A stretch of 64,000 bases of DNA from positions 1,116,001-1,180,000 of the forward strand of contig NC_089432.1 in assembly GCF_026210795.1 (NCBI RefSeq), written 5' to 3'. This document shows positions 12,651 through 25,742 of the stretch, piece after piece (position 1 is the first letter of the stretch; every line of letters starts with the position of its first letter). The translations under genes and the position numbers were made by a program. The notes under the pieces are model-generated. The model did not search any database, was not told the DNA's origin, and saw only the letters and a list, made by a program, of their open reading frames with translations. Source of the DNA: Rhizophagus irregularis. Lineage: Eukaryota.

Positions 12651-12928
12651 AATTTCTTTTTTTATAATCTTATCCGGATTTCTATCTGCTTGATATTATC
12701 GCCGTTTTCAAAATGGTTTACGCAGTTTATTTGTGATTGTATATTCGAATACCAATATTCGCCCGTTTTTTTTGTCAATATTTCGTCCGGTTTTCGGTTT
12801 TCTTTTTTTTTTATTCAAATTTAACTGCGTACATCATTTTGAAAACGGCGATAATATCCGAATCTGATGATCCGAATAGAAACCGGATTTATTTCACCTG
12901 GATACCGGCTTATTAAAAAAGAAATTTG
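12651..12928. repeat. Fold-back inverted repeat, probable MITE interior
   Basis: Arms GATATTATCGCCGTTTTCAAAATG..TACGCAGTT (12692) / AACTGCGTACATCATTTTGAAAACGGCGATAATATC (to 12858), weaker pairing outward. Confidence 0.6.
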
Positions 12929-13752
12929 TTTAAAAATTTTTTTTAACCAATAATTTTATTAAATAATTTTATCAACTAATAATTTTGTGTAAAAGTTTGT
13001 AAACAATTATTTTTAATATTAATGATTTATACAAAACATTATAATGATAAATAAAAAATAATTGATCTAAAAAACCTTTTAATAAGCTAATATTAACACT
13101 GTTTTCAATTCATTGTGCTCATTGCAAATAAAATCTCTAATAAAAAATCGGAATTTTCCTAAACTATTATAAGCCGATTATAAAAATAAATAGTGGGAAG
13201 ACTATAAAAAGAATTTTTTCAAAATTATGAATTAAAATTTCATTTTCTTTATTAAGAGCAAATTTTATTTTATGATTATATATTCATAATTAGATCGGTG
13301 ATAACATTACACTCGCCCAATCATTTCCTCATTAAATTATGGAATTTAGTCAATAATTATTCTCCGGTCAGGTAGACATAATTTTATATGAAATTATGAC
13401 GTAAATGATATATTAAATGTAACGAAATATTGATAATCGTTCCTTTCAACATTTCATCGGATTACTGCATCATTAGCCTTTGCTATATAAAACTTTGTCG
13501 ACTATTAATAAGCTCGCAGATTAGTAAAGCTATCACTAGATGAAAATGATTTAAAGAATAATTTGTTAATATACTGTTTTGTGACTATGATTCCAACAAA
13601 TAAGACCGCGATCTGCACCATGGAAACACAAAAAATGATCGGCGGTAATTTAAACTGCAGTATCACCATGCACTTAAATAAATATGTTCCTTGAAAAAAA
13701 AAACTTACATAAGTTGTTCAACTTCCCTTTTTTTCATTTAAACTACTTTACA

Positions 13753-14739
13753 ATGTCTGATAAGCAATTTAATTTTAATAATATAGACTCTTTAAATATT
13801 TACAATAAAATTATTCAAAATTTTAATAAAATAAATATAAAAGAAATAAAACCCACAACCAAAAATATTAATGAATATATTTTTGAAGGTGATTTAAATA
13901 TTTTAGTTGATGAATTAGTTTATAATATTTTTAAAGAATTTAATGAAGGAAAGAATAGAGAAATTATAAAACAGCATGTACTTGATTATGTTAATAATCA
14001 TAGAATAATTTCACAAGAAATTTGTAGTTGGCTTTCAAATAATCAAAATAATTCAAATTCTACTTATTTACTTGGATATTTTAATTATAATGGAATTGGA
14101 ACTGATCCTAACAAACAAAAGGCAATTGAATTATATCAAAAAGCAGCAAAATTAGAAAATAGAGTGGCACAACTAAATCTTGCTAATATGCATATTTATG
14201 GAAAAGAAATTGATAGTGATTATGATTTAGCTTTTGAATTATCAAAAAAGTTAGCAGAAGTGGAATGTGCAAGTGGAATGAATAATTTAGGATATTGTTA
14301 TAATAATGGGATTGGAACTGATATTAATAATGACAAAGCGTTTGAATTATTTAAGAAAGCAGCAGATTTGGGGAATTCATATGGAATAAATAGCTTAGGA
14401 TGTTGTTATGAAGAAGGAATTGGAACTGATGCTAATAAACAAAAAGCATTTGAATTATATAAAAAAGCAGCAGATTTAGGAAATTCAACTGGAATGAGTA
14501 ACTTAGGCTATTGTTATTATGGTGGAATTGGAACTGATATTAATGAACAAAAAGCATTTGAATTATTTCAAGAAGCAGCAGATTTAGGAAGTGATGCAGC
14601 TCAATATAATCTTGCCTGGATATATGAAAATGGAGATGGAATTAAAGATATGAACCAAGCAATTTATTGGTACAAAAAATCTGCCGAACAAGAATATGAA
14701 ATTGCTCAAAATAAATTGAAAGAACTTTTAAAAATATAA
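13753..14739 (+). CDS. Kinase-less SLR protein, 6 SLRs
   Basis: ATG at 13753 (MSDKQF) matches paralogs; in-frame upstream ATG at 13684. Confidence 0.92.
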   Translation: MSDKQFNFNNIDSLNIYNKIIQNFNKINIKEIKPTTKNINEYIFEGDLNILVDELVYNIFKEFNEGKNREIIKQHVLDYVNNHRIISQEICSWLSNNQNNSNSTYLLGYFNYNGIGTDPNKQKAIELYQKAAKLENRVAQLNLANMHIYGKEIDSDYDLAFELSKKLAEVECASGMNNLGYCYNNGIGTDINNDKAFELFKKAADLGNSYGINSLGCCYEEGIGTDANKQKAFELYKKAADLGNSTGMSNLGYCYYGGIGTDINEQKAFELFQEAADLGSDAAQYNLAWIYENGDGIKDMNQAIYWYKKSAEQEYEIAQNKLKELLKI

Positions 14740-15607
14740 ATTAATATTTGTATACATATGGGAAAATTTTTTACTATGTGTCAAAGACTATGTGTTAAAG
14801 GTGTTGAAGAGCAAAATCAAAATAATCTATTGCTAAATTGTTGATATTATTGATTAAATTGATTAAATACAACTCAACGTGTTAATATAGAATAGATACA
14901 ACCCTACTTTATACCTGTATGATAATTTTATTATGTATCATTAAAAAAATAAAACAAAAATAAAGATAAAAATTTAATAGTTTAAATTCTTAAAATAAAC
15001 TTGTATTCGATATATATTTTGCGCCATTTATTATATTTAACGAAATTAAAAATTGATTAATAAGGATTGCGAAAAAATAGTTCATACATAAGTTATTGTT
15101 AATATTATATCATACATTTTTTGTATTACGGTATGCATCTTTGAAGAGGGATTATGAAAAAATGGCATTTGCTTTTATTTTCTCGTTTTATATAAGGTCG
15201 TTCCAAATTAGTAATAATTAGTCTAACATAAAGTATATTATTTTTTAGTTTTTAGTAAAGCAATATACTAATTATTATTTCTTAGAAAATTAATTCTATT
15301 TAAAAAATTAGATGGCTTTAAATCTTTATTATTAATAATTAATAACAATAGCCTTTATTAAATAAATATCAATAAATTCATTTTGAAAAAATGTAAACCT
15401 CAAATACATGTGCTTATATATATTTTATATTAATGTGATAATTTGAGTCTTGCAAATGTAAATTAAAATTATTTATAATTATTATTAATTGTTAAATAAT
15501 GAATTGATTTTCACACGTCATTAAAATTTTGTGCTACATCAAATAAAAATAAATTTATGATACAACAGATAAACTCTTAATTTTATAATAGAAATAACAA
15601 AATAGAA

Positions 15608-15870
15608 TTTATTTCTTTAAAAGTTCTTTTAATTTTATTTTGTGATATTAATAAATTGCTTGATTCATACCTTTTTTAATTTCATTTTCATTTTCGAATA
15701 CCCAAGCAAGATTATTAAAACGTACTATTTCCTGCTTCATAGTAATACAATATTAAGTTACTTATTCCACCGCCGGTATTTTCCTAAATATGCCGCCTTT
15801 TGATATAATTCAAGTACTTTTTTCATTTAATATTAATTTCAATTCTATTTTTGTAATAATAGCCTAAGTA
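15608..15870 (-). pseudogene. Decayed SLR C-terminal remnant
   Basis: Contains gccgccttttgatataattcaa (ELYQKAA), ccaagcaagatta (NLAW), ataaattgcttg (QAIY) and the paralog-like stop/3' flank, with many indels. Confidence 0.7.
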
Positions 15871-16088
15871 AATTTCAAGGTTTCATTAACAAACATTTTC
15901 TTCAAATTCTAAGAACAGTAGTGATGATAAAGATATCCCTTCATCTACAAAGGATAAGATACAAGTCTGGACCAAGGTATAAGAGAAGGTATTAACAAAA
16001 TTAATACTAAAGAAATAGTTTGTGATGAATCTTTTTAGGTCATTAATAAATGCAAAAATGAACCTTTTGATTTTCATGATAAGTATTT

Positions 16089-16609
16089 AGGACCCGAGCA
16101 ATATAAAATAGGTCACAGGAAATTAGCAAATATTTATTATTATCTACGCATTTTTTTCAGGGCCGGAATTATAATAGTGTCAAAATAATAAATTCTGACC
16201 AACATTATCGAAAATTATCTAAAAAGAAAGGTTTTCATGGTTATTTTGGCCTATTCTACACATTTATTTCTTGTTACCTATATCAGTATTGCTTGCAGTA
16301 GTGTTCCAATCCGTTAAACCGTTATTCGTCGGATTATGGATATCCGCCAAAAAATTCAGATTATTTGGATAACAGATAATGGATAATACCGGATTGGATT
16401 TCTCGGATAATTGAATAATGGACAATAACGCATCATTCAGACGTTGTTTATCAATAATATCACATAAATTTGTTTTTATCCGGTCCAATTATTCTTCGGA
16501 TATCCGACGGATATCCGGAATCTGGCAGATTTTTTGGATGACGGATGATGATCGGATCGGATAAACGGATGACGGATATCCTCGGATTGGAACACTAGCT
16601 CGGAGTCCT
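16089..16609. mobile_element. 'AGGACCC' MITE, inverted counterpart of 323-537, carrying a nested element
   Basis: AGGACCCGAGCA...GCTCGGAGTCCT; flanks aagtattt/aaatattt; flanking DNA also matches the reverse complement of about 250-580. Confidence 0.8.
16299..16597. mobile_element. hAT-like MITE nested in the TIR of the AGGACCC MITE
   Basis: Perfect 15-bp TIR TAGTGTTCCAATCCG...CGGATTGGAACACTA; 8-bp flanks gcttgcag/gctcggag (6/8); many CGGAT subterminal motifs. Confidence 0.8.
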
Positions 16610-16954
16610 AAATATTTATTATTTTAAGACTGTGATATGGTGAATTTTTTTTTCGATGTAAAGAAATTTTTGTATATAAATTATAAAATAAACTTAGATG
16701 ATATTTTTCTAAAAAAAATGCTATTATAATTAAATTTTATCCTGATAACCCTGATCGTGGCTTATATTTAAATAACAGAAATCTAGAGGAAATAATATTA
16801 ATAGTATAAACTGTGTTGCGACTCAATAAAGTTAATAGTCAATACTCAGCTAAACTAAGTATGTAGGATTTTTCATGCAATCATAGTGATTTAAGATGAA
16901 TATATTTTTAAACAGTTAAAGATTAGAATAATTCATTTTATTCCCTTAATAAGA

Positions 16955-18474
16955 CCCTATAAAAAAATTGGATACGTTTTTTATATAGTTTTTATACGAT
17001 TTTTTTTTCCTTAGAAATAACGTATCATAATAGGATACGGAAAAATGCACAATTCCGTATCACTAAAAATATGGTTTGGATACGGAATTTGCACGGAATT
17101 CATATGGAATTTACATGATTTGATCACTGACTTTATCACGAAATTTATACGATTTGGTCACTGAATTTACTATTTGTATTGCAGTTTACTATAATTATAT
17201 TTACATAAATCTAATTTTACTTTATTAAATTAAATAAAAAATAAAAAATAAACAAAATACAAATACATTATGAAAATTCCCTCCTTATTAAGGCCACCTA
17301 TTGCAACCAAAATTATCTATAAGTTCAGGTTCATTTGGAGTCAAACAACCTAAAAAAAACAAAAAAGAACGTCTAACTTAATTGGAAACAAAACCCCCCC
17401 TTCATATAGTATCTGCAATCGTCCAAGTCACCAAAGGTCAGCATTCCTACAAAAAAAGAAAGAGAACTCCAGAATGTCTGACCTACATAAATGAAAAGAA
17501 TTATGAAGTATCTGATGAAAAAGAAACTAAAACAACAAAATAAATCCAAAACTAACCTACAAAAAAAGAAGACTCTGAAGCAACAAAACTGAAACAACCT
17601 ACAAAAAGAAAAGAATCTGAACCCAACTTACAAAAAAAAAGAAAATTTGAACTGACCTAAAAAAAGAAAAAAATCCTGAACAATCCTACAAAAAGGAAAG
17701 GACTCCCAAACTGATCTACAAAAAAACTGAATCTTCTCACAAAAAAAATCTGCTGGCCTATGAAATAAAAAAAGGGATAAATATAAATAAAAAAGAAAGG
17801 GGAATAAAGAATAAATCAAAAAAAAATATTTTTTTAAAAAGAGGGTAACGAAGTTAGGAAAGTTAAAAAAAATTTTTTTTTTAAAGGGAGGACGTCAAAG
17901 TTAGAAAAATAAAAAATTTTTCATAAAGAGGAAATAGAAATAGAAAGAAGAAAATTTTTAGAAGAGTGGGAATAAAAGAATAAAATCAAAAAAATTTTTT
18001 TTTTTTAAAGGAGAGTGATGAAAAAGAAAAATTTTTAAAGTGAGGTACGAAAAAAAAAATTTTTTTTTAAAAGGGGGGTGCCGAAAAAAGAAGAAAAATT
18101 TAGAAAAAATAACAAAAATAAGACAAGAGAAAAGAGAAGAAAAGGAAAGACAGAAAGGAAGATCGGAAGATCAAACTCATCAAAGTAAAGGTTACAAAAA
18201 ACGTATCATAACAAAACAATAAACAATCACGTGATCTCGTGTTATGATACGAGATTTTTGTAAAATTATTTTCTAAAAATATTAAGTTTAAAAATTCCGT
18301 ATACATTCCGTATGATTAATTTTTTCCGTATACATTTCGTATACATTAGTTTTTTAAAAAATGTTCAAAAATGAATTGCTTATTAAATATACGGAATTTG
18401 TGTACGGAATCTATAGAAACGTACATAAAATGTATACAAAACGTATCCTTTCCGTATACATATTTCTTATAGGG
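16955..18474. mobile_element. 1.5-kb non-autonomous element with CCCTATA termini, 3-bp TSD (CACTA/CMC-like)
   Basis: aga|CCCTATAA...TTATAGGG|aga; TACGGA/TCCGTA subterminal repeats at both ends; low-complexity interior. Confidence 0.75.
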
Positions 18475-19741
18475 AGATTTTATTGCAAGTTATAACCAAA
18501 GCGCGGGATATTTTTTAACTTAAAATACAGTTGTTCGATAAGTTCAGGATATAAAGTTTCTTTAACCGTCTATATATTTTAACCACCGATCTGATATTTT
18601 ACAAACAAACTGAATACTTTTGTTTTTTGATTAATTAAAATAAAATAAGGCAAGTAAGCTTGCTACTTTGCTACGTGTTATAGTCTAGCATTAATAAATA
18701 TGTTTTTTTCTTGCTAATAAAATAAATACGTTATGTTGGTTATAATTTATTAATAAATATTTATACATAATATCTTATTAATATAATAACAATTATATTC
18801 TTTCTTTTTTGCGTTTTAAGCAGATATCTCTACTGTTCTATAGAGCTACTATTGCAGCAGATGATATGTATACAAACAAATTATCTTTTTCAATGGCTTT
18901 ACCGACCAGATAAGAAATTATTACCGGTTCTATTTTGTAAAATAATCTCCGCTAAAAATTTTATTACTTCACCATAATCATACAAGACGTTAATTTAATT
19001 TCTTTTTTTTAATAAAATGCATTCTCTAGTAAAAAAAATATACAATGTTTGTTAAATTATTTATCTACTTTCGATTGTTCAAAAAAACTGAGAATCTAAA
19101 CATGTTCTGAAGCATGATTAACATGATTGAACCAAAATTTGTTGATGAGAAATATTTTAAATGAATTTTATATACAAGAAATCGATAAATGAATTGTATA
19201 TATTTTAATTTAACAGAAAACAGATTTAACAATTTCTTGGAAATAATAAAATTTTTTGTATTTACTTATTGTATACAAAGATTCTGTTAAATGATTAAAG
19301 TTACTAAATCTTTATCTTTAAAATGAGGAAATAATAATTTACGAATAGTAGACAAATACAAATTTCTAAAACTTTTATTTAGTTGACGCATCTAAATCTC
19401 TAACATCCATATATCAAAGAAAATCATTTTAATAATACGATACAAAATAAATATTTAATTGGCAAAACTTGGAAATATTTTAATAATTTTTTTTATTTTT
19501 TTATTTTTAAATAGTAAACATCCATTATTTAAATTTTATGTTAATATGGTAAAAGACCTATATTATTGTTTTTTTTTACAAAAAAAACATTATAGTTTTG
19601 TGAAACTTTCCCACTTACTAAATTTATCCTGGAATTACTATTTTCCTCAAATTTCGTGCCGATCTTTTGTACAATCTTAGTCCCACAGAAATGCATAGAA
19701 GATCAGCGGACTTTCGACATGGAAATGTCTGGTGATACTAT

Positions 19742-19962
19742 AGGACCCCGAAAAATACATATGGAAGTCATAAATGATCGGCAAGATTTTGGCCTAAAAT
19801 AAGCAACTTTTCAGGGCCGGAATTATGATAATGCTAGCCAGTATCAAAACGGACAATAAAATTTAGGCCAGCACTATCTAAAAAAGGCAAGATTTTCATG
19901 AAAATTTAGGTTCTTTTTAAGCAAACTCAAATGTGACCTTTTTATGTATTTTTCGGGGTCCT
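19742..19962. mobile_element. 'AGGACCC' MITE immediately upstream of the kinase gene
   Basis: Perfect 20-bp TIR AGGACCCCGAAAAATACATA...TATGTATTTTTCGGGGTCCT; perfect 8-bp TSD gatactat. Confidence 0.88.
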
Positions 19963-20083
19963 GATACTATCCTATCTATAAATAGTTAATAATATTTTGT
20001 ATTTTCTTTTTTAAATTCTTACCTTTATATTAATAAAACCGTAAAATTAACTTCCGCAGTAAAAAATTTTTTTGCACTTAACA

Positions 20084-22349
20084 ATGTCTAATAACACTGA
20101 ACTTATTAACAATTCAAATGAATGTAATTGGATAGAAGAAGCCATTTCTAAAAAACTTATTAAATTTTATGAATTTGGCCAATTTTATAATCTTCAAGAA
20201 ATTGGTTCTGGAGGCTTCGGAAAAGTTTATCGTGCAGATTGGAAGGATTCCCACAAATGTTGTGCACTTAAATCTTTTTATAATTTAAATGGTGCTACAA
20301 TTGAAGCAATTGTTCGTGAGGTAATTATAATATAAAAAAAAATTTTCAATTATTATAATGTTTACATTTCTAATATAATTTTTTTTTTATCATTTAGATT
20401 CAACATCATCGTGAAGTTGATTTTTATGATAATGTTATCCGTTTTTATGGCGTCACAACTTTCAGTAGGGATACGATAAGTTTTCAATAATCATTTTTTA
20501 ACATATAATCATTAATTAACTTATGGATTTTTCTTTTTATAAGAAAATCAAATCAAAGAATATTCGTTGGTGATAGAATATGCGGACGGTGGTACACTTC
20601 GAGATTATTTGAAAGAAAATTTTGAAAATCTTACGTGGAACAATAAATTTAGTCTTGCATTTCAACTGGTTTATGCAGTATCATGCTTACATGGTGAAGG
20701 AATCGTGCATCGTGATTTGGTAATTAATCAATTTATGATTTATTATAATTGTTTTTATTTAATGCTCATCTTTAGTTTAATCTATTTAAACTTAATAATA
20801 GCACTCCAAAAATATATTGGTCCATCAGAATATTGTTAAGTTAGCCGATTTTGGACTTTCTAAAAGGATTGAGGAATCATCCAATCTTCAATCAAAAGTA
20901 TTTGGAATGATTACTCATGTTGATCCGAAAATATTCAATAGAAAAAGAAATATTAACAATAACCAGCTAGAAGTATACTCATTAAACGAGAAGAGTGATG
21001 TTTACAGTATTGGCATACTCTTATGGGAAATTTCTAGCGGACGACCACCCTTTTGTAACGAATTGAACGATCTCGGTTTGGCCATGGAAATTTTACAAGG
21101 TCTTAGAGAGATACCCATTCCTGATACACCTGGAGAATATATAAAAATTTATACTGGTAAATACTATTTAAACCTATGATTTAAAAATAGTAATATAAAT
21201 TTCAATTAATATATATTTTTTATAGATTGTTGGAATATTGAACCTGATGATCGTCCATTTATCAACCAAGTGTTTGATAAATTAAAAGAAATTATAAAAA
21301 AAAGAAATATAATTATCAACGACTTTCACTTATTTAATGGTAATAAAATTACACAATCACCTAATAATCAGCAGCCAATTTTGGATAGTGAAATTTCAGA
21401 AAATATTGATTCATTACATGGAGATATGTCTCAAGTCATTCAAAACTTCAATATGATGAATACAAAAGAAATAGAATCTTCGATGTCATCAAGTAACCAA
21501 TTTGAGAATAACTTTGATACAATGGTTAATGAAATATTAACTATTATTTTTAATGATTATAATGAAGTAATAAAGCGAAATGTCCTAAATTATCTTAATA
21601 ATCATAATATAACTTTGCAAGAATTTAATAATTTATTATTAGATAATCAAAATAATTCAAATTCTCTTGCCTTACTTGGAGAATGTAATCTTTATGGAAT
21701 TGGAACTGACATTGATAGGAAAAAAGCATTTGAATCATATCAAAAAGCAGCAGATTTAGGAAATTCATTTGGAATAATCTGTTTAGGATATTGTTACCGG
21801 AATGGAACTGGAACTGATATTGATAATAAAAAAGCATTTGAATTATATCAAAAGGCAGCAGATTTAGGAAGTTCACCTGGAATAAATAGTTTAGGACATT
21901 GTTACCGGAATGGAACTGGAACTGACATTGACAGGAAAAAAGCATTTGAATCATATCAAAAAGCAGCAGATTTAGGAAATTCATTTGGAATAATCTGTTT
22001 AGGATATTGTTACCAGAATGGAACTGGAACTGATATTGATAATAAAAAAGCATTTGAATTATATCAAAAGGCAGTAGATTTAGGAAGTTCACCTGGAATA
22101 AATAGTTTAGGACATTGTTACCAGAATGGAATTGGAACTGATATTGATAATAAAAAAGCATTTGAATTATATCAAAAGGCAGCGGATTTAGGAAACAGTT
22201 CAGCTCAATATAATCTTGCTTTTATGTATGAATATGGAAAAGGAATTGTTAAAAATATAGATAAAGCTATTTATTGGTACAAAAAATCAGCTGAACAAGG
22301 GCTTCAAGTAGCTCAAGATAAATTGGAAAAACTTATAAATGGGAAATAA
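20084..22349 (+). CDS. Tyrosine-kinase-like protein kinase with 6 C-terminal SLRs; exons 20084-20320, 20398-20464, 20544-20719, 20802-21156, 21226-22349 (about 652 aa)
   Basis: GSGGFGKV, ALK, VRE, HRDL|HSKN, DFG, SDVYSIG and DCW..EP..RP motifs joined in frame across four GT-AG introns; exon 2 donor position uncertain. Confidence 0.88.
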
Positions 22350-22837
22350 AAGAACAATCAATCCATCAGGATAAATTAAAATAATTGTTTAAATATTTAA
22401 ATAAAATCACTGCTACCAAATACTGAAAACAGTTATTTATTTTCTGTTTTTTAAATATTTATTAAAATTGGCCACTCATAATTTTAAATATTAATTAATA
22501 ATTTCTAATAGCTAAAAAAATTCATGCGCTGATATTTATTTATGTAAAATTCATGATGAATTTATTTAAATAAAATCAATACATTATTAGTTTTTACCAT
22601 ATCAATACTTGTGTATATTATAAACTTTATATTCCTTATTTAAACTTTATAGACTTTACAAATATATTGTAGTTTATATTATAGATGTAAATTCAATACA
22701 TTTATTTATTTGTATTATATCCTTTTTTGAATTCAAATTTTGAAAAAATAATATAGCTTGAAATCTTAATATTTTTCTTCAACTATCACCTGAAAGGTAT
22801 ATGTTTATTTTATATTAAATAAATTTAATAGCTCAAG

Positions 22838-23223
22838 TAGGGGTGGCAATGGTTGGTCACAGTCAATATTGGTCAGTCATAACCGGTTAAGGGCCTTTGA
22901 CCGACCGACCATTACCATTTAACTGACCATTTAACCGATTACTTTTTTCTTTTTAACGAATTTTAATCAAGAAAAAATGTTAAAAAGTGTAATTCAATCA
23001 AAAAAAAACGTTATTTAACTTTGTTTATTGATTAAGCTCATAAAAAAAGTGTTAAATAAAAAATTTGGCTAAATAATCAGTCAAATGGTTGGTAAAACGG
23101 TCAGTCAAACGGTTGGTCAAACCAGTCAGTTAAACGGTCAGTCAGGAGCCTTTAACTGACCGATATCGGTCACGGTCATAACCGGTCATGACCGGTTAAT
23201 AACTGTGACCGTTGCCATCCCTA
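22838..23223. mobile_element. hAT-like MITE
   Basis: TAGGGGTGGCAA...TTGCCATCCCTA; 8-bp flanks agctcaag/atgtcaag; dense GGTCA/TGACC subterminal repeats. Confidence 0.78.
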
Positions 23224-24328
23224 ATGTCAAGTCAAATTAATAAAGAATATTCAAACCAAAAATTTTTTGTTAATACTTTATGATTCTTATTAATATTTCT
23301 TTAGAAATTTAAAATTAATTTCATTCATTCAAAATTAACATATATTTATTATAATACAGTATCGAATTAATTGGCATAAATTTTATTTATGATTATTAAT
23401 TAAACTAATAAATTAGTCAAGGGACTATTTTAATATTGTTGTTAATTAAGTAATTATAAATAATGGTCATTTTCTACTTGACTGTATTCATGAGACTTAA
23501 AACGTAATATTAATTAACCATCAGCATGAAATATATTTATATTTAGATATTTTGATTTTCTGGAAAAATATCGATATTACATAAGACCTGATTTGAAAAT
23601 AATTACTATTTACATATGAAATGAATAAATAATTAAATAAAAAGGTTACTCAATATTTAAATGTAATCTTTAGAATACAGTACCTCGCGTAAAAGTGTCT
23701 TACTCAACGTATAAATACTTGTTCTTTCTCTTTTATTAAATATTTTTTAAAAGTATTTTCGGATTAGAACAATTGTGTGATTTTATATAGAGCTTACTTT
23801 AAATTAATGGTATTATTTATATTATTAAATACTGTATTTTATTTTTATATGGTTACAACGCTTGATCAAAGTGAAGTTCTTTATATACTATAGGTAAAAT
23901 TGTTTTGACAGGGATGGAATTGAAAATATTCATCATGTTAACTTTATATACACGGAGATCATAGAGATGTAACTTATCTTTTAGTATTGCCTGTATTTGT
24001 ATAATTTAGAAATACTTAGTATAATTAAAACATCTTTTAATAACTTCTAAAATGTGTTCCTAAAATTCAAATTGATTATGAATAAAACCAAAATTATTAT
24101 TAATTACAAATAATCACATAATTTCACAATTTGAAATTTGGAAGCTTTCTTTTTGATAAAAATATCATAACATTACTATTTAATAAAATATGCGTTTGAA
24201 ATTTGTAAAAAATTCATCTAAGGAACAATTTTGACAAAATTGGTACAAATTTACAAATAATCACATAATAAAATCACTATTATCTTACTTCCTTCGTATG
24301 TTTATTACATTAATTTTAAACTCCAACA

Positions 24329-24505
24329 AGGATCCTGAAATATATAAAAAGGTCGCGACATCCAAAAAATTTTACTATTAGCCGCTCTTTGTCAGGACTG
24401 AAATTATGATAATTTTGGTTAATGTTCAAAAAAGATAATAGCTTCTCACCCGGAGAGGAAAGATTTTCATGATTTTTTTTGACTGGTTGTAAACCATGTA
24501 TATTA
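24329..24505. mobile_element. Degenerate 'AGGACCC' MITE copy
   Basis: AGGATCCTGAAATATATA..GGTCGCG start, CAGGACTGAAATTATGATAAT and AAGATTTTCATG internal motifs; right end unclear. Confidence 0.5.
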
Positions 24506-25574
24506 AAGGTTAGAGGCCTGTAAACGGACCCCTTGTCATAATAATTTGCATAATATAGGTAATAACATTGTATTTCTCTGAAAATTAAGCACTAACGAAA
24601 ATAAACACCACTGGCCAGAATTATGGATTTTAGTCTAAATTATGTTATTTCTGGCGGGAATTATGTGCAAAATTGAGGTGCCTAATTTCGTAGGAATGCG
24701 TTAGTTATAAAATATTAAATTACAAAGCAATTATATGTAGCCAAACTGAATTGGTAAATATATTGCTAATAACCATATAAAAGTGGTATGGTATATAGTA
24801 CGGATAATCTTGATCAGAATTATGTCTTCAGTCTGTTATTAACCGAATAAATTATTTAGTTAAACTGGTATCAATATTTTTATTGGTAAAATTAAGGAAA
24901 CTCTGATTTTAAATTGTGTAAAATTATTAATTTATTAAATAAACTAAAAACTGATAAAACATTTGGCGGCCGAAAAAGGGCCAATTTTTTTTTTCTGATT
25001 TCAAAGTTAATAATTGAATGATCAACTTTACCAGAAATTAATTTATTTTCGACAATTATTCTATTTCACGCCACAGAAAAGTTTCATCGTTATAATATAC
25101 TATTTTTCTAATACAGTAATAGATCATAGAAGATAAAAAATGATACAAGATTACAAGATTATTGGAGTAACATTCAAAGCGATGATTAATATTAGGTAAT
25201 ATTATTAAGACGCAAAAGATGCAGAAACAAATTAAAAAATTTTTTCACTTTATAACGAACTTGAACATTTTTAAAGATGATTTAAATAATGTGATATTTA
25301 CATCATAAAATCAATTTCTAAATATATATATAGAACGTTCATTATACAGTATAATTTGATTATATTATTGGGATGAAAAACTCCTTTAAATAATATAAAA
25401 AGAGTTACGTAATTGATAGAAAATTGCTATGGATTAACACTTGATTTCATTAGGTTTAGATTAAAACATGCATAGATTATATTGGTAAATACAGTATAGT
25501 ATAAAGCTGAAGAATTAAAAAGGAGACAAAAAGATGAACATAAATATGGATTAAGAAACCCAACTGTTTGTACC

Positions 25575-25742
25575 ATAATCTTGGATCGAAACTCACTGAC
25601 CTATTCTCACGATGCACAGATGCCAGTTGTTGTGGACCGCCCAGAGCCAAAGAAGCCATGGACTTTCCTTATAATGGCTTCATACCGCCAACAACTAAAG
25701 CTAAAGATGGTCAGTTTGCAAATCCAATACATCTTCAATATG
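25575..25742 (+). pseudogene. Cys-rich coding fragment, possibly transposase-derived
   Basis: GC-richer patch reading SWIETH*... then, in another frame, RCTDASCCGPPRAKEAMDF.YNGFIPPTTKAKDGQFANPIHLQY; family not securely identified. Confidence 0.35.

Noticed and set aside
21625..22161. 178-aa antisense ORF with repeats (also 50588..50944 and 1690..1890)
   Set aside because: Shadow frames of SLR coding repeats
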